DNA of 63,975 nt, counting the filler, from Choristocarpus tenellus KU-1152 (lineage: Eukaryota; Protista; Phaeophyceae): NCBI GenBank assembly GCA_964200185.2. It is 9 parts of 9 records of this genome, joined end to end, with 100 filler letters (N's around TTAATTAATTAA, not from the genome) between each part and the next. Parts side by side here need not be neighbours in the genome. Positions count along the whole stretch, not along the records: positions 23,996 to 28,210 come from CAXNAD020015648.1; positions 28,311 to 37,543 come from CAXNAD020003855.1; positions 37,644 to 46,032 come from CAXNAD020004777.1; 6 more parts are not named here. The stretch is one strand, 5' to 3'. The notes beneath the pieces were generated by a model. That model was not told the DNA's origin and made no database searches. It was given only the letters and a program-made list of their open reading frames with translations. Of this stretch, positions 25,611-39,075 are shown piece after piece. The translations under genes were made by a program, and so were the position numbers. Within the stretch, counting starts at the first letter, position 1; each line of letters begins with the position of its first letter.

Positions 25611-26868
25611 CAAATTTCTAGTTTTAATTCTGTACTTCACGAAGTTTTGCCTATAGATTAATTTAAAAAAACGAAAGAAACCATAGAAAACAATTACTAC
25701 GGTAGTATCCACACTCGGAACGGTTCTTTGTTGCATCTCTGAAGATTTGGATTCTTTGATCTACCATACATGTATTCAATCAGAAGTTTTGGTATATTTT
25801 TTAAAGAATGTTTTGGACCAACCTTGATTTTACAAGTATCACTGAACAAATATTATTGGAAATCAGTCAACGATCAATGCAATATATATTATCTCAATCA
25901 CACACACAAGAGTTGGCGAAGTTCAAAAATAAAACTAGAAAATATGTAGCAAATACGCGTAAGTGACAATATTTCTACTTTTTGTAGCGGACAAATATAG
26001 ATTCAAACAAGAAGAAGATCATCTACATCCAAAATATCGCTGTATTGGACTCAGGTCACAACAAATAAATGGGGTGGCTCTCCCTTATCGTCAACGAAAC
26101 AGCTTATATGGAGTGCGGGGAAGAAGTAGGATATAATTTCGTGATTGGCAACGAGATACATCAGCTACGTCTGAATATCGATTAGTCGGGGCGCACCTCC
26201 ATGTTGGACATCTGTATTGAATAAAATTGAAGTTCGTGGAATGTATGATTAAGAAGATTGAAATTAGTATGGACAAATGATGTGGAGGGGTTGTGATGTG
26301 TGTTAGTGATTCTGGAAGTTCAGGCTTTGTTCCTGTATAATTTGTTGTTGACGTGATGTTGCCGATGAGCTGGAAGATGTTGTTTAGTCGCAGAAGACAG
26401 ATGTTGACTTGCGACGTGAGCAGTGAATGATAGTCTGGAAATCCAACACGAAGTACTGGAAAAATTAGTTCACGTCGTATGCAAGGAGGAGAGACCTTCA
26501 TATTAAATCAAGTTGGTGCCAAGGGTAGGGGAGGATATCAACATGAACAATATATTCTATTGTGTCCATCAAAACTGCAACTGTCGCCGATGGATAGTGA
26601 TAGGATCAGAGTCAGAAACACTGATGCAGATATTCGTCAAGGTGGAAGCGAGAGTGAATGAGTTATCGTCAGACCCATAGTCCCCAGACCATCCAACAAC
26701 CACTGAAAATTATTCTCTAGTGTGCCATGTGGCTTGATCCTCGCAAAATCTCTAAGGAATTGATGTGTGTGAGGACTACGATATTGTTTCGGAATTAAAA
26801 TATGTATTATACACACAAATTAAGACTGCCCACCAAAATCTCAAGCAAATGGGGCAGCCTACACCTAT

Positions 26869-28210
26869 CTATGATTCCAGTCCTGAAGTCCTCAAAAATT
26901 CCATTCGACCATGGTATTTCGCTGCATTCGCCAGGGGATTTGGGGGGAGCTTGCCCGCCTTCTCACCCATTTCCTTCCTAAGTTGGGGAATTTTGAAGAC
27001 GTTAATACCCTTGAATCCCATCACTTTAGCGTAGACTGCGAAGAGCCTCTGCCAGAGCGCTCTAGTGTCTCCCTGGGGATACGCATCAAACTCCTCCATT
27101 GTGATCTCCACCTCCTCCTTTTTGTTGGTCAACCCCCACGTCTTCCAAAGTTTCTGGATGGAATGAAAGAATCCCAGGTCATTGACGTTGAGGTCAGTTG
27201 AGTTGGGCGGCTGGGTCTCTTTAACAATGTCGTCTCCCATCGCCTCCTCGATTTCCTCCATGTTCCCCCCTTGGTGTGTGGCTTTACCCCGTCCTGTTGA
27301 ACGAAGACGATGTGTCCTTCTACCCTAGGCATACAGGCCTTGACTACAAAGATGACATCCTCCATCATGAGCTTCTTATAGCTCTCCCCGTCCCCTGTGG
27401 CTGGCACAAGCACCTTGGTGCCCTTGGGGCACTGTTTGCAGGAGCGCTGAGCCACCTTAGTGTCCATGATCAGCCAGATCCAGACTTGTCATCGAACCAC
27501 ACCCTGCTGGAGAGTTTCCTAGGACGGGCCACAGCTGCAAGGAACATCGCCTTTGTATAGTTACGCTTATTCTGTCCCCATAGGGGTTTCGAGTGGTCCT
27601 TATTGGGATGCCAATACACACTTTGCCCATCTTTGAGGATGTAAAACCGCTTCTCGTCCACATGCACTCAATCATATAGATTGTCCACAAATACCCCACT
27701 GCCCCTCTCCTATGCATGTGGCTGATGACGAAACCCATCCTGTTGACTTTCTGCTGGTCTGAGAGAACTCTCTTAATCCACCGCTTGACCTTCTTCTCCT
27801 TCTTGCACTTGCACAGATCCCACAACGAGGCAAGGGAGACCCCAGCTTTGGCCGCCCATTTGCGGAATGATGTGCAGTGTATCGATGGGACATCCCAAAC
27901 ATCAAGGATACTTGTACGGCGACCACATTGCCCCTTGCAATGTTGTACAAGGTCCACGCATTCACCCTATGCGATCTGGCTGTCATACTCCTTCAGGCTA
28001 AAAGTATCTGGGAGGAGGTGGCGGCTGTCCATTTGGGGTCATTTTTTTCATGTCGCGATTTTTGGATTATTCGGCTGCATACGTCGGATGGATACTGTAA
28101 ATGCACTTTCCTGATTTTGGTCCAAATGGACATCCTGGTCTAGACCCCCCCCCCTCCCAGATACTTTGAGTCTTCAGATGACGGAACATGGTGATTGGGA
28201 AATTCTGAAG
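26869..28210 (-). mobile_element. Degenerate plant-type mariner (Soymar/Osmar-like DDxD) transposase
   Basis: GQCGRR, HVDEKRF, KAMFLAAVARPR, FVQQDG and QPPNSTDLNVNDLGFFHSIQ across several frameshifts. Interrupted by a MITE at 27996-28172. Confidence 0.93.
27996..28172 (-). mobile_element. MITE family B inside mariner transposase
   Basis: TIRs ggctaaaagtatctggga...tcccagatactttgagtc, 4-bp TSD ttca. Confidence 0.9.
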
Positions 28211-28969
28211 NNNNNNNNNNNNNNNNNNNNNNNNNNNNNNNNNNNNNNNNNNNNTTAATTAATTAANNNNNNNNNNNNNNNNNNNNNNNNNNNNNNNNNN
28301 NNNNNNNNNNCGGTGTGTTAGAAGGCATCTTGCAGAGGTTTCCCGCGGCAGAAGGCATGGCTTCCACTTTATTCCCCTAGCAGCAACGTACTGTACTGCT
28401 GTACGGTAGCATGACTCAGGAAGAAAGGCACTTTTCGCAGTAAATTTTTACACGCGCGCCAAACTCCCGTGAATATCTCTGGGATTTTGTGCCAAATCGC
28501 CCGAGTACGAGAATTCCGGTACAAAGCCTATTTTTTTAGCATGTCGAAAAAAAGCGGTACACAATAGCACATTTTTCGATTTGGTTCATAATTTTTGGGC
28601 CCAAAATAAGGGTACCTACTGTACCGACCAGTCCAATAAAACAACCAAACCCATAAGATCCGGATTTGACCAAAAAGTCAATATGGACTGTCAGAACGAA
28701 GAACCATTCTGATTCTGACTCATCCATTTCTTTGCGGTGACATTGCTCAGTCATTGGGGAAAATATGTTGTGTTTTGAATCTGTGCTGGATTTCCTCAAC
28801 AGACTTTGAGATGTTGGGCCTAGACCTTTGATACTCGGTCTCACCCTCTGAGATGAAAGAGTTCACTCCGGTGATTGTGATTGCCCCCTTGAGCAGAGAA
28901 CTTGGCACCTTTGACACTTCCACATAGGTAATATATAGTAATACTTAGGGTTAGGGTTAGTAGTAGGGA

Positions 28970-29878
28970 TATTTTGTTTTGCTCACGAATTCTGGATTAT
29001 TATTATTTCATTCTATGTTTGCATTCCTCCCTATTCCCTTTTCTCTCCACATTCTAACAACCCTTGTGACCAACCAGTGCGACCTCTTTGCCACTGATTT
29101 CCAGTCACCCCCTACATCTGATCAACCAGGGTGAACCCCCTTTGCCACTGATTTCCAGTCACCCCCCACATCTGATGACCAACCAGGGCGAACCCCCTTC
29201 GCCACTGATTTTTCGTCACCCCCCACACTGTGTCCACATTGCCCCCACTAATTGCAATTTGTGTTGTTAATGCAGCACCGATAACCAACCAGTGTGACCC
29301 CTTTCACCACTGATTGTCTCTACCACCCCTTTCAACCCTGTTCAACCCCACTCAATCCCACACCAGCTACCACTCCAGTCAACCCCACCCCACTTACCAC
29401 TCCACCACACCATTGAACACCACTCAACCCCACTCCACTCAACACCACTCCACAATCATCCAAGAACCCCCCTTCATCATCCCCTTCATACTGGGCCTTT
29501 GAGCTTGAAGATATCTACCTCGCCCGAACTTGACCTCCCCTCCCACCCTAAGATCCAAGTCGGTCGTGAGCAAGCGACAGGGGGCAGGTGGGCGGGAAAG
29601 CTTGCTCGGGGGTCCTCTTGATCTAGCCCTCCTCATCTTGCCACCCCAGCCTCAGGTTTCCTCTTCGATTCAATACTGTCCATTCCTTCTCCACTCGTGC
29701 CTCCGCCTGCCGCCTATTTTCTTTACCACTCTCCTCTCTTTCTTAACCACTCATTATTTAACTCTTCGTTCCCTCCTTGATAATTTTATATTTCTTTCCT
29801 GTCCCCTTCCTTGCCCTATACCCTCAACCAACCAGAATTCTTCCGCCCATAAAACTCAGATTACTTCATAAACTCTCA
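28970..29878 (+). mobile_element. Non-coding repeat family D, copy 2
   Basis: Starts tttgctcacgaattctggattatt and contains repeated accaaccag.g.gaacccc.tt.gccactgatttccagtcaccc units. Ends ccagaattc...aaaactcagattacttcataaac. Confidence 0.8.
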
Positions 29879-30129
29879 CGTTCTTAAAGAAGCCTTGTGA
29901 AAAATATTAAAGACAATTACAGTCCAGAGAGATTTTGTTCTCCTACAACAAGAAGTAACACAATAATAGACTGTGAACAAAAAAGTAGTGATTTGAAATC
30001 AGAAACGAAGAAATCAAATAAACAGTATGACAGAATTGTTTCAACTACTCCTTTGTACAGAGACACTGTGAAGGGGGTTGAGAACGAAGGGAAGAATCGC
30101 ACGAGTCAGTCAAGGTCCTGTTAACCCAG

Positions 30130-30770
30130 TGACCACGTGTCTCTAGTTCGAAACGCATGGGGCGCCTGGAGATTGCTATATGAGCAGTTACTGACACAAT
30201 CTCTTACAGGCGTGCCTTCACTCCTCCATTCCAACTACAACCCTACACCCCCCTCCTACCACCTACAACAATAGTCGCCAGGTAGTCCAGAAATTGCCCC
30301 ACCTGTGTTCCGGTGCCCCTGTAGCTTTCCAATGTGAAAGTGTCGAGATCAAAACTACGACATTGAAAAGATCCCTGATAATTGTTGCGCTTCAAGGTGT
30401 CAGCTGGAGCAGCACCAATACTGTTGTTTATTTACAGAAGAATATTGAAGGTTGGCAGTCCGCTTGAACCTCACCGAAAGCCACATCCAGAATGAAGTCA
30501 TTTTCCCAGTAAGGGAAAGTGGCTGCATTTAGAGAGTGGTCCCACATGAAGGTTGTATCTATATGGAAATTGTGATTGATGATGAAGGTGCTTCCATCCT
30601 TCTTGTAGGAGATACCATCTGGATGCAGACTTTGCCCAATTGCAGAACCATGGGCGAGTGCTGTAGTACTTTTCTTCCAGTCGTGGGACCAGTAAACGCA
30701 CGGCTACTGTCCACCCCTCGTTGCCTATATCCAGCAGCTGTTGGATAGTGCCTTCTCTACCTCTAAGGAC
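30130..30770 (-). mobile_element. 3' remnant of CRE-like LINE (restriction-like endonuclease region)
   Basis: ILDVAFGEVQA and KRNNYQGSFQCRSFDLDTFTLESY align with LLDVTFAEVQA and KHTHHEGSFDPRSFNLNTFVV of the copy at 61452-61862. Confidence 0.75.
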
Positions 30771-32472
30771 TGGTGTGGTGGTCCAGGAGCAATTTCAGCA
30801 CAGGAACAAGGTACGCACACAGGAAGGAGTTTAGGCACAAAAAGGCACATGTCCACAACTGTACATACCTTTGAGTGTTGTATAGGATGCAGTAAAGAAT
30901 GTCTACTATAAAAAAAAACGAAAGTTTAAAAATTGTGGGTTAATTACTTTCTGTGAACTATCTCGAAATCACGATTTTCGTTTCAAATTTTCATCCATTT
31001 TCTGGCCTCGAAATGACAAAAATCTTAGATTTGCCTCAATGTTTCGACATTCCTACGACCTGGCACCATCAACGCGACGAATTTCCAACTTTGTTTTTAG
31101 TAGATCCTACCCTCCTCCACACTTCGCCAATATTCTAGGCGAGGTATGACACACTATTAACACTCCTCCTCTCTTACCGTGGAGACCACACTTCATATGT
31201 TGCCTTGTGTTGCTGCCACCAATTTCTGGATTTTTTTTCAATCTTCTTATCTTACTGGAGAGACAACACCTCAAACCTTTCAGATTTATATGTTATGGTT
31301 ATATGTTGCGTGAAATACCTCCTTCCATACATCCATATTTTGCTGCAGTTATATGTTAGCGCTCTTCAAAAGAAAATAGATCATCTATTCATTATCAATC
31401 CCATTCCTCACATTTTTAACAGCAATATATGTGCTGTGTGAGTTAAGGAGGTATGAATAGGAGGTGGCTTAAAGTTTATTTTTCAGGTGTACACCGTTAG
31501 GATAATATTAAGTTGTAGTAATCATTCTCTTCCCCACTGACCAGACCTCAAAGCATACGTCTAAGAGGAGATATGATGGGACAGATGATATCAAATTCTA
31601 CTGATCAAGCCCTGTTATGTTATTATGTCTTTTGCAGGGTTTGTGGTGTAGTTACAATTTTAATGCAATTCTCAATGGGTTTGCAACCGCTTTCTGCACC
31701 AAGCAACGATAATGGTGCAGGAGGGGGGAAAATATATATAGATTATGCTGCCCTAATGCTGGGAAGGGAAGGGAGGTATAGGATCGCCCCAATACTCACT
31801 GAAGTGTGACAATTGTGGGTGGGAGTATATAGATTTTTGCGTTTTTCCGGTTCCCATCGTTTATTTACCATAAGTACCAGGCTCACATTGAAACGTTTAG
31901 CAATTCCTTACTCCTGTCATGAATTATTCTTAGAATATTACGAGTACTTGACATGGAGGAAACTCTCCCCTCACGCTTGCCCATTCGCCCTACCTACCAA
32001 GACAAAACTGTCCCCGAGGATTTGAAACATACTCCACAAAAGGAAAGGTAGTTATCATTGCGACAATGATCTCTGTCCCTTCGTCACTAACAGCAGTAGG
32101 AATGTCATCCCTCTTATCTATCCACATAACAAGGAGTTGCACCCATGCAGTCCTGCCCTTTGTTCTATACTACATGGTATAAAGCATCTCACAACCAACG
32201 ATTCGGTCTTTGATCATACCTCAGTAACAATGGATGGCTAAAGATGGATGGCTAAGACAAATGAGAGCGGGAAATGATTAAATCAGGGTATATGTTCACC
32301 ATGTAAAACACCAGCAACTTCTGGGGACGAGCCTTTTCTGTCCGAAGCTCTTTAACAGAAGAGGCCTGTCAGATTGTTCAATCCATGCTATCATACAAAT
32401 GATATTGTCACAAGTGAGTATTATGGACCTATATACAGGTTCCCAGGTCCTCCAGATTGTCGACAATGGGAA

Positions 32473-32643
32473 TTAAAGTATCTGAGAGAGTGAGGGCCTC
32501 TCTACCAGGATGTCCATTAAGGCCCTGATCAGGAGTAGTGCACATATATTATACATCCGACACACAACCAAACCTCTAAAAATTCGAGAAATGGAAAAAT
32601 GGGCCCCAAATGACCACCGCCCCACCCCCCCACACTTTAAACC
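32473..32643 (+). mobile_element. MITE family B, old degenerate copy
   Basis: aaagtatctg...ccaggatgtccatt...ccccaaatg...cccccacacttt is collinear with other B copies. Confidence 0.65.
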
Positions 32644-32858
32644 TATCCCGTTGAAAAAATATAGGTACATAATATTCACCCCCCTCCACAACTCAGAACC
32701 AAAAGTGAATGTCTGATATGATACCGATCAAGTCATTATACATAAACCAGAAACCACTGATCTGTGCCTATCCAATGAAGTGGGTGCCTTGATCGCAGAA
32801 TATTTCACACCAATAGTAGAACCTTCCCTTTAGTCTGATTTGTGTGTAACTCCCTTCG

Positions 32859-34059
32859 GTGCCACAGCTAGCCAGGTCCAACAACATTTCTTTTTCCTTA
32901 CATCTATAGATTCTGGCATCTCTCTTTCGACCTGCTGGTCATCACAGCCCACAAAACAGGCCAAGGACAGGGGTGGTCGTTGTGTCAGGGCGAAAATAAA
33001 ACAACGGCAACCAACCACTACTCAAGTACGCAAGCGTACGTGTTCGTGGCGTTTACTGTAACTGCTGCATTACTCTCGCGTATAGTGCATCGTAGGTACG
33101 TACATACATTCCTAGTTACGTACGTACAGAGCAGGTACTCTGGCACATTTCTATATTTTTTTGCTTGTATTTTTGCTGCAGGTGCCAACACGAACAAATT
33201 TATGAACGACCAATGCAATCAACTCTATGGGTGCCGTCTTCTGAAATTCCTCGTGATCAGGACTAACACTCATACTGCAGGCATCCTGCAAAGAAGAATC
33301 GAAGACCACTACCACTAATAAGAGTACTTTTACGTGTGTGTATGTGTGTGTCTGTGTTTGTGCAGTCGTAGTAGTAGTAGTAGTAGTAGTACGCACGACA
33401 AGACACCCCAAACATCAAGATATGGTCGGTATGCTGTCATTGCACCAGTCAAGCTCCCTCACCTAGGAGGAATAATTTTTCAACCCGACACCAGACCCAT
33501 GGACAGAAGGAGCACGATTATCGTTTCAACTGCCCAGTCTAATCTCCGTGGCCACACCCTCCCGTGCCACAGCTAGCCAGGTCCAACAACATTTATTTTG
33601 TCCTTACATCTATAGATTCTGGCATCTCTCTCTCGGCCTGCTGGTCATCACAGCCCACAAAACAGACCAAGGAGGGGGGTGGTCGTTGTCAGGGTGAAAA
33701 AAAAACAACGGCAACCAACCACTACTCAAGTACGCAAGTGTACGCGTTCGTGTCGTTTACTGTGTAACTGCTGCATTACTCTCGCGTATAGTGCACCGTA
33801 GTTACGTACATACATTCCTAGTTACGTACGTACAGAGCAGGTACTTTGGTATATTTCTCTCTATTTTTTGCTTGTTTTTGCTGCAGGTGCCAACACCAAA
33901 AATACATGAACGACCAATGCAATCACGCCGTCTATCTAAAATTCTTCGTGATCAGGACTAACATTGATAATGCAGGCATCCTGCACAGAACAATGGAAGA
34001 CCACTACCACTAATAAGAGTACTTTACGTGTGTGTGTTTGTGGTTGTATTTGTGCAGTC

Positions 34060-34098
<39 letters not shown>

Positions 34099-35875
34099 CG
34101 CACGACAAGACACCCCAAACATCAAGATACGGTCGGTATGGTGCTGTCATTACACCAGTCAAGCTCCCTCACCTAGGAGGAATAATTTTTCAACCCGACA
34201 CCAGACCCATCGACAGAAGGAGCACAATTATCGTTTCAACTGCCCAGTCTAATCTCCGTGGCCACACCCTCCCGTGCCACAGCTAGCCAGGTCCAACAAC
34301 ATTTATTTTGTCCTTACATCTATCTGGCATCTCTCTTTCGGCCTGCTGGTCATCATAGCCCACAAAACAGGCCAAGGAGGGGGGTGGTCGTTGTCAGGGT
34401 GAAAAAAAAACAACGGCAACCAACCACTACTCAAGTACGCAAGTGTACGTGTTCGTGTCGTTTACTGTGTAACTGCTGCATTACTCTCGCGTATAGTGCA
34501 TTGTAGTTACGTACATACATTCCTAGTTACGTACGTACAGAGCAGGTACTTTGGTACATATCTCTCTATTTTTTTGCTTGTTTTTGCTGCAGGTGCCAAC
34601 ACGAAAAATACATGAACGACCAATGCAATCAACTGTATAGGTGCCGTCTATCTAAAATTCCTCGTGATCAGGACTAACACTGATAATGTAGGCATCCTGC
34701 ACAGAAGAATCGAAGACCACTACCACTAATAAGAGTACTTTACGTGTGTGTATGTGTGTGTTTGTACTTGTGCTTGTGCAGTCATAGTAGTAGTAGGAGT
34801 AGTAGTAATAGTACGCACGACAAGACACCTCACACATCAAGATACGGTCGGTATGCTGCTGTCATTGCACCAGTCAAGCTCCCTCACCTAGGAGGAATAA
34901 TGTTTCAACCCGACACCAGAACCATCGACAGAAGGAGCACGATTATCAATTCAACTGCCCAGTCTAATCTCCGTGGCCACTCCCTCCCGTGCCACAGCTA
35001 GCCAGGTCCAACAACATTTATTTTGTCCTTACATCTATCTGGCATATCTCTTTCGACCTGCTGGTCATCACAGCCCACAAAACAGACCAAGGAGGGGGGT
35101 GGTAGTTGTCAGGGTGAAAAAAATACAACCACAACCAACCACTACTCAAGTACGCAAGTGTACGCGTTCGTGGCGTTTACTGTGTAACTGCTGCATTACT
35201 CTCGAGTATAGTGCACCGTAGTTACGTACATACATTCCTAGTTACGTACGTACAGAGCAGGTACTTTGGTACATTTCTCTCTCTATTTTTTTGCTTGTTT
35301 TTGCTGCAGGTGCCAACACGAACAAATACATGAACGACCAATGCAATCACGCCGTCTATCTAAAATTCCTCATGATCAGGACTAATACTGATAATGCAGG
35401 CATCCTGCACAGAAGAATCGAAGACCACTACCACTAATAAGAATATTTTACGTGTGTATGTGTGTGTTTGTGTTTGTGCAGTCGTAGTAGTAGTACTACT
35501 ACTACTAGTACGCACAACAAGACACCCCACACATCAAGATACTGTCGGATTGCTGTCATTGCACCAGTCAAGCTCCCTCACCTAGGAGGAATAATTTTTC
35601 AACCCGACACCAGACCCATCGACAGAAGCACGATTATCGTTTCAACTGCCTAGTCTAATCTCCGTGGCCACTCCCTCCCGTGCCACAGCTAGCCAGGTCG
35701 AACAACATTTCTATTGTCCTTACATCTATCTGGTATCTCTCGTTCAACGTACTGGTCATCACAGCCCACAAAACAGGCCAAGGAGGGGGGTGGTCGTTGT
35801 CAGGGCGAAAATAAAACAACGGCAACCAACCACTACTCAAGTACGCAAGCGTACGTGTTCGTGGCGTTTACTGTA
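32859..35875. repeat. Tandem array, ~690-715-bp unit, about 4.3 copies
   Basis: gtgccacagctagccaggtc recurs at ~32859, 33564, 34274, 34989 and 35680. Each unit contains (gt)n and a variable (gta)n microsatellite. Confidence 0.97.
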
Positions 35876-36376
35876 ATTGTATTAAGAGGGGGTCAATGGT
35901 TACGAGTTCTGTAGGACAGAGGTCCCAAACATTTTCCTACTACTGCAGTGTTGCATAGTGTATTTTACTAGTAGATTTGATGTATCTGTGAGGTGAAGCG
36001 GGAGTATAGCGCTGTTGCTTTAGACCTCCATGGTTATGCTCCCTTATCCTTTTGTGCTCAGTGTGTACTTAAGGCACGGCATTATTTTCCTTCCTGCCGT
36101 TATATGATGTAAGGGTTGTTTTTGAAGTTTTTATGCATCTACTTTGGTTGGTTATGTATTTTCTCTAAAATATCCCGATTGTAGTGGTAGTACTTCACTT
36201 TTCCATGCTAGGTTTATAAAAAAAGAAAAGGAAATGGATAGGTGGAAAATGTGAGCTTACGTGATTTGTACAAAAATCACAAGATTTCCCGAGGCGTTTC
36301 AGTCTGCTTATAATAATAATAATATTTGAACTCGAACAAAATGCGATGAACCACATGACAAGACCTCATTGGAAGA

Positions 36377-36896
36377 ATGCCAGCTGATTCGGAAGCGGTC
36401 TTAAGGGTGACGGAGGTATAATTTTGCGTCCTGCATCCCTTATGCCCTTTCGACATTCGCAATATTGTTAGTTGCCAATCTTTGAGACAGAAATAGTCAA
36501 ATAAAGGGCGAACGAGCGGGTGGAAGAATGCCCCATCGTCTTCTTCAAGATTGAAAGGGCAGTATGTTAAGCCAGGCATGTTGGATCTTCATCGTCAGGA
36601 GATAGACCACAAGCGGCGCGGTCTAGATGTCTTGGTCCAGTGTGATGGTCCGTTTGACTACACGAAGGTCACATTTCTCTCCCATGCCGATAGCATTGAA
36701 TTCGATCCCAGATTGAGTTTATCGTTGACAGATTCAATTATGGGTACTCTTACCCCTCAACTATTCAGAAACTCAGTAAACAACGTCTAACTCCACACGA
36801 TCTAGAAGCTTCTGGACGTCAATGCCAAGTATCTGATGGACAGCAAGGAGATAGGGCGAGGCCATTATGGTGTCGTCTATCATTGCAGGCATAGAG
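36377..36896 (+). CDS. Ser/Thr protein kinase (CAMK/CDPK-like), 5' exons only
   Basis: Exon 36806-36896 (ag/gt bounded) encodes KLLDVNAKYLMDSKEIGRGHYGVVYHCRHR, kinase subdomain I GxGxYGxV. Two upstream exons (~36377-36415, ~36497-36667) splice in frame. The contig ends at 37543. Confidence 0.8.
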
Positions 36897-37339
36897 GTAA
36901 ACGCCACATGATTCTCCAGGGTTTGTGTACAAGGTCCATTGTGCTGCAAGTATCAAACTTAGTTCAGACGTACCACGAGGAAATATATATACATATACGT
37001 ATATTTATGCAACCATGCGTTCAACTGCTGTCCTTAGTGCAATTCAACCAACACATGGGCCAATATCTGTGTCAAGGTATTGCTTGCAACCTACTTCTCC
37101 CAGGTTACTCCATTGTAGGTATGGTGTGTGACGAGGTGTTCACTCTGTTTTGGATAAGAAATAAGCCATAGTAATTGTGAAGTTTCAGCTTGCCTGGGGA
37201 CATCAAGTGATGGGGGGCTTCTGAGGAAATATGATAATGTAACACCTTCAAGACGGTTGACATCTGATCAAACTAGGCGAGAAGTAGTCAGATTTTGGCT
37301 GATTTGTATTTTATGCCTTGTTTTTCAATCCATTCAAAT

Positions 37340-37500
37340 GAGTCAAAGCATTTAAGAGGGTAGGAGTATTGCCCTGTTTGTCCATTTGGGGATTGGGTTC
37401 CCACTGATTTTTTATGCCCCTTTTCGGGTTTCTGTGTGAACAGACTTGCCTAAAATGTATGACTATGAAAGGTGTGTCCAGAACAAGGATGTTGATGTTT
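37340..37500 (+). mobile_element. MITE family A, degenerate and truncated
   Basis: gagtcaaagcatttaagagggta...gccctgtttgtccatttgggg. Confidence 0.7.
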
Positions 37501-39075
37501 TAAAGTATCCCCAAAATCATCAAAGAGGATAAAGGTGATAAACNNNNNNNNNNNNNNNNNNNNNNNNNNNNNNNNNNNNNNNNNNNNTTAATTAATTAAN
37601 NNNNNNNNNNNNNNNNNNNNNNNNNNNNNNNNNNNNNNNNNNNGATGACGTTTCAAGATTCAGCAAGGATACCCTCCCCATTCCCACGCCCACTCACCAT
37701 ACGAGCTTGGCTGCCTCCTCTACATCAGTTGTACAGTATTGCATCATCAATGTACACAAGTGACCACAACACAACTACATTGCCGTGCTTTCTGTAGTAG
37801 GCATATGTATGTACTTGTAGGCAATTTGTGTGTGCACCTATATGATTAAATTGGTAGTACAAGGGGGTTTTTTGTGATATTTTCCTTGCTTCTTCACAAC
37901 AGCACAGCTTTTGAGGGGAAACTAATAGATAATATGGATTAAATGGGGATTAAGGGAACTATCACTTTGTGCATCTTTAGTTGTGTTGTATCCTCCTGTT
38001 TTTAGAGACTAATTTTTAGTTTATCTTTGTATCTGTGCTCTTTGTTAGCCTGCTGAGAAGCCAGGGTTTGTGTTGAATTTCCCTGTCATGGAATGCATCC
38101 ACAAGGTGCTGACTGCCATTGTGTCATCGGTGATTGTGCTCTTTGAGAATATAAAATGTGAAAAGCGATGTTGTCATGCTCCATCTCCATCCCCACCTTA
38201 ACCCCATAGCACAATTTTGGGGTCTTACACTGATTCCTTATCGCTTGTATATCCTGCTGTAGTGGTACTCCAAACTAAACAGATTGAGGACTTGAGCCTA
38301 GATGATAAAATGCCAGGTCCTTTTCAATAGACAACTGTAGGTTGTGGTGGTCAGTAATGGCATGTCCACAGGGAAAATGTGATGCCAAGACTGGCATTAT
38401 TTGGACTTGAAACTGGTTGATAGGGAATCAAGATGTTTAGTCAATTTTTACTTACATGTTTCAGCACCTGATCTTCAGTCACCAGAGAGGACAATAGTGA
38501 ACTGCAGAACAACACATGTATAATCAAATCACAGTTATAGTTTACATACTACTAAAACCATCTCATAGGATAATATAACACACTCCCCTCTAAATCATAT
38601 TAGTGAGTACCACTTACTAATAATAGTACAGACTAAGGCAGGTCTGTGACACCCTTCGTTTGATCTTAAATCCTGATGTAAGAATTCCAAAACAACACTA
38701 TTGCTGCAAAGGTCCACTTCAAGTACCTCCTAACTAAATCACACAGGATTTTCCTTTTCACTCCTCTTTAGTTCTCACAGATTGCACATGCATGAACATC
38801 CAGTTTGTTGTGCCTGGTGATGCAGTTCAACCAAGACTGCAAAACGCCACACAAACACATCTACCGGACAATTAATTACCTTTGACTCTCATTGTACAAT
38901 TCAGGCCGTTTCCTCCAAGTAGACGAGCAGATTGTAACATGATGACTCTAAATCCCCTCAATTTTTCCTCTTGCACCCTCTACATCACTAAAGCCTCTGG
39001 GGCTGAATCCTCCATTGTGAATCCTCATTGCATATCTGGATGTTATTCTGGGAGAGGAGAGGAGGGGGGTAGTTG

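Noticed and set aside
28946-28960. TTAGGG telomere-like repeat, with degenerate versions at ~14335, 40478 and 55858
   Set aside because: Only 2-3 units, internal and degenerate; not a chromosome end.
33936-34286. Poly-Thr/Val/Ser ORFs
   Set aside because: They are translations of the (gta)n microsatellite.
37740-37770. LVYIDDAIL RT-like motif on the minus strand
   Set aside because: Isolated motif at a contig start, too short to classify.
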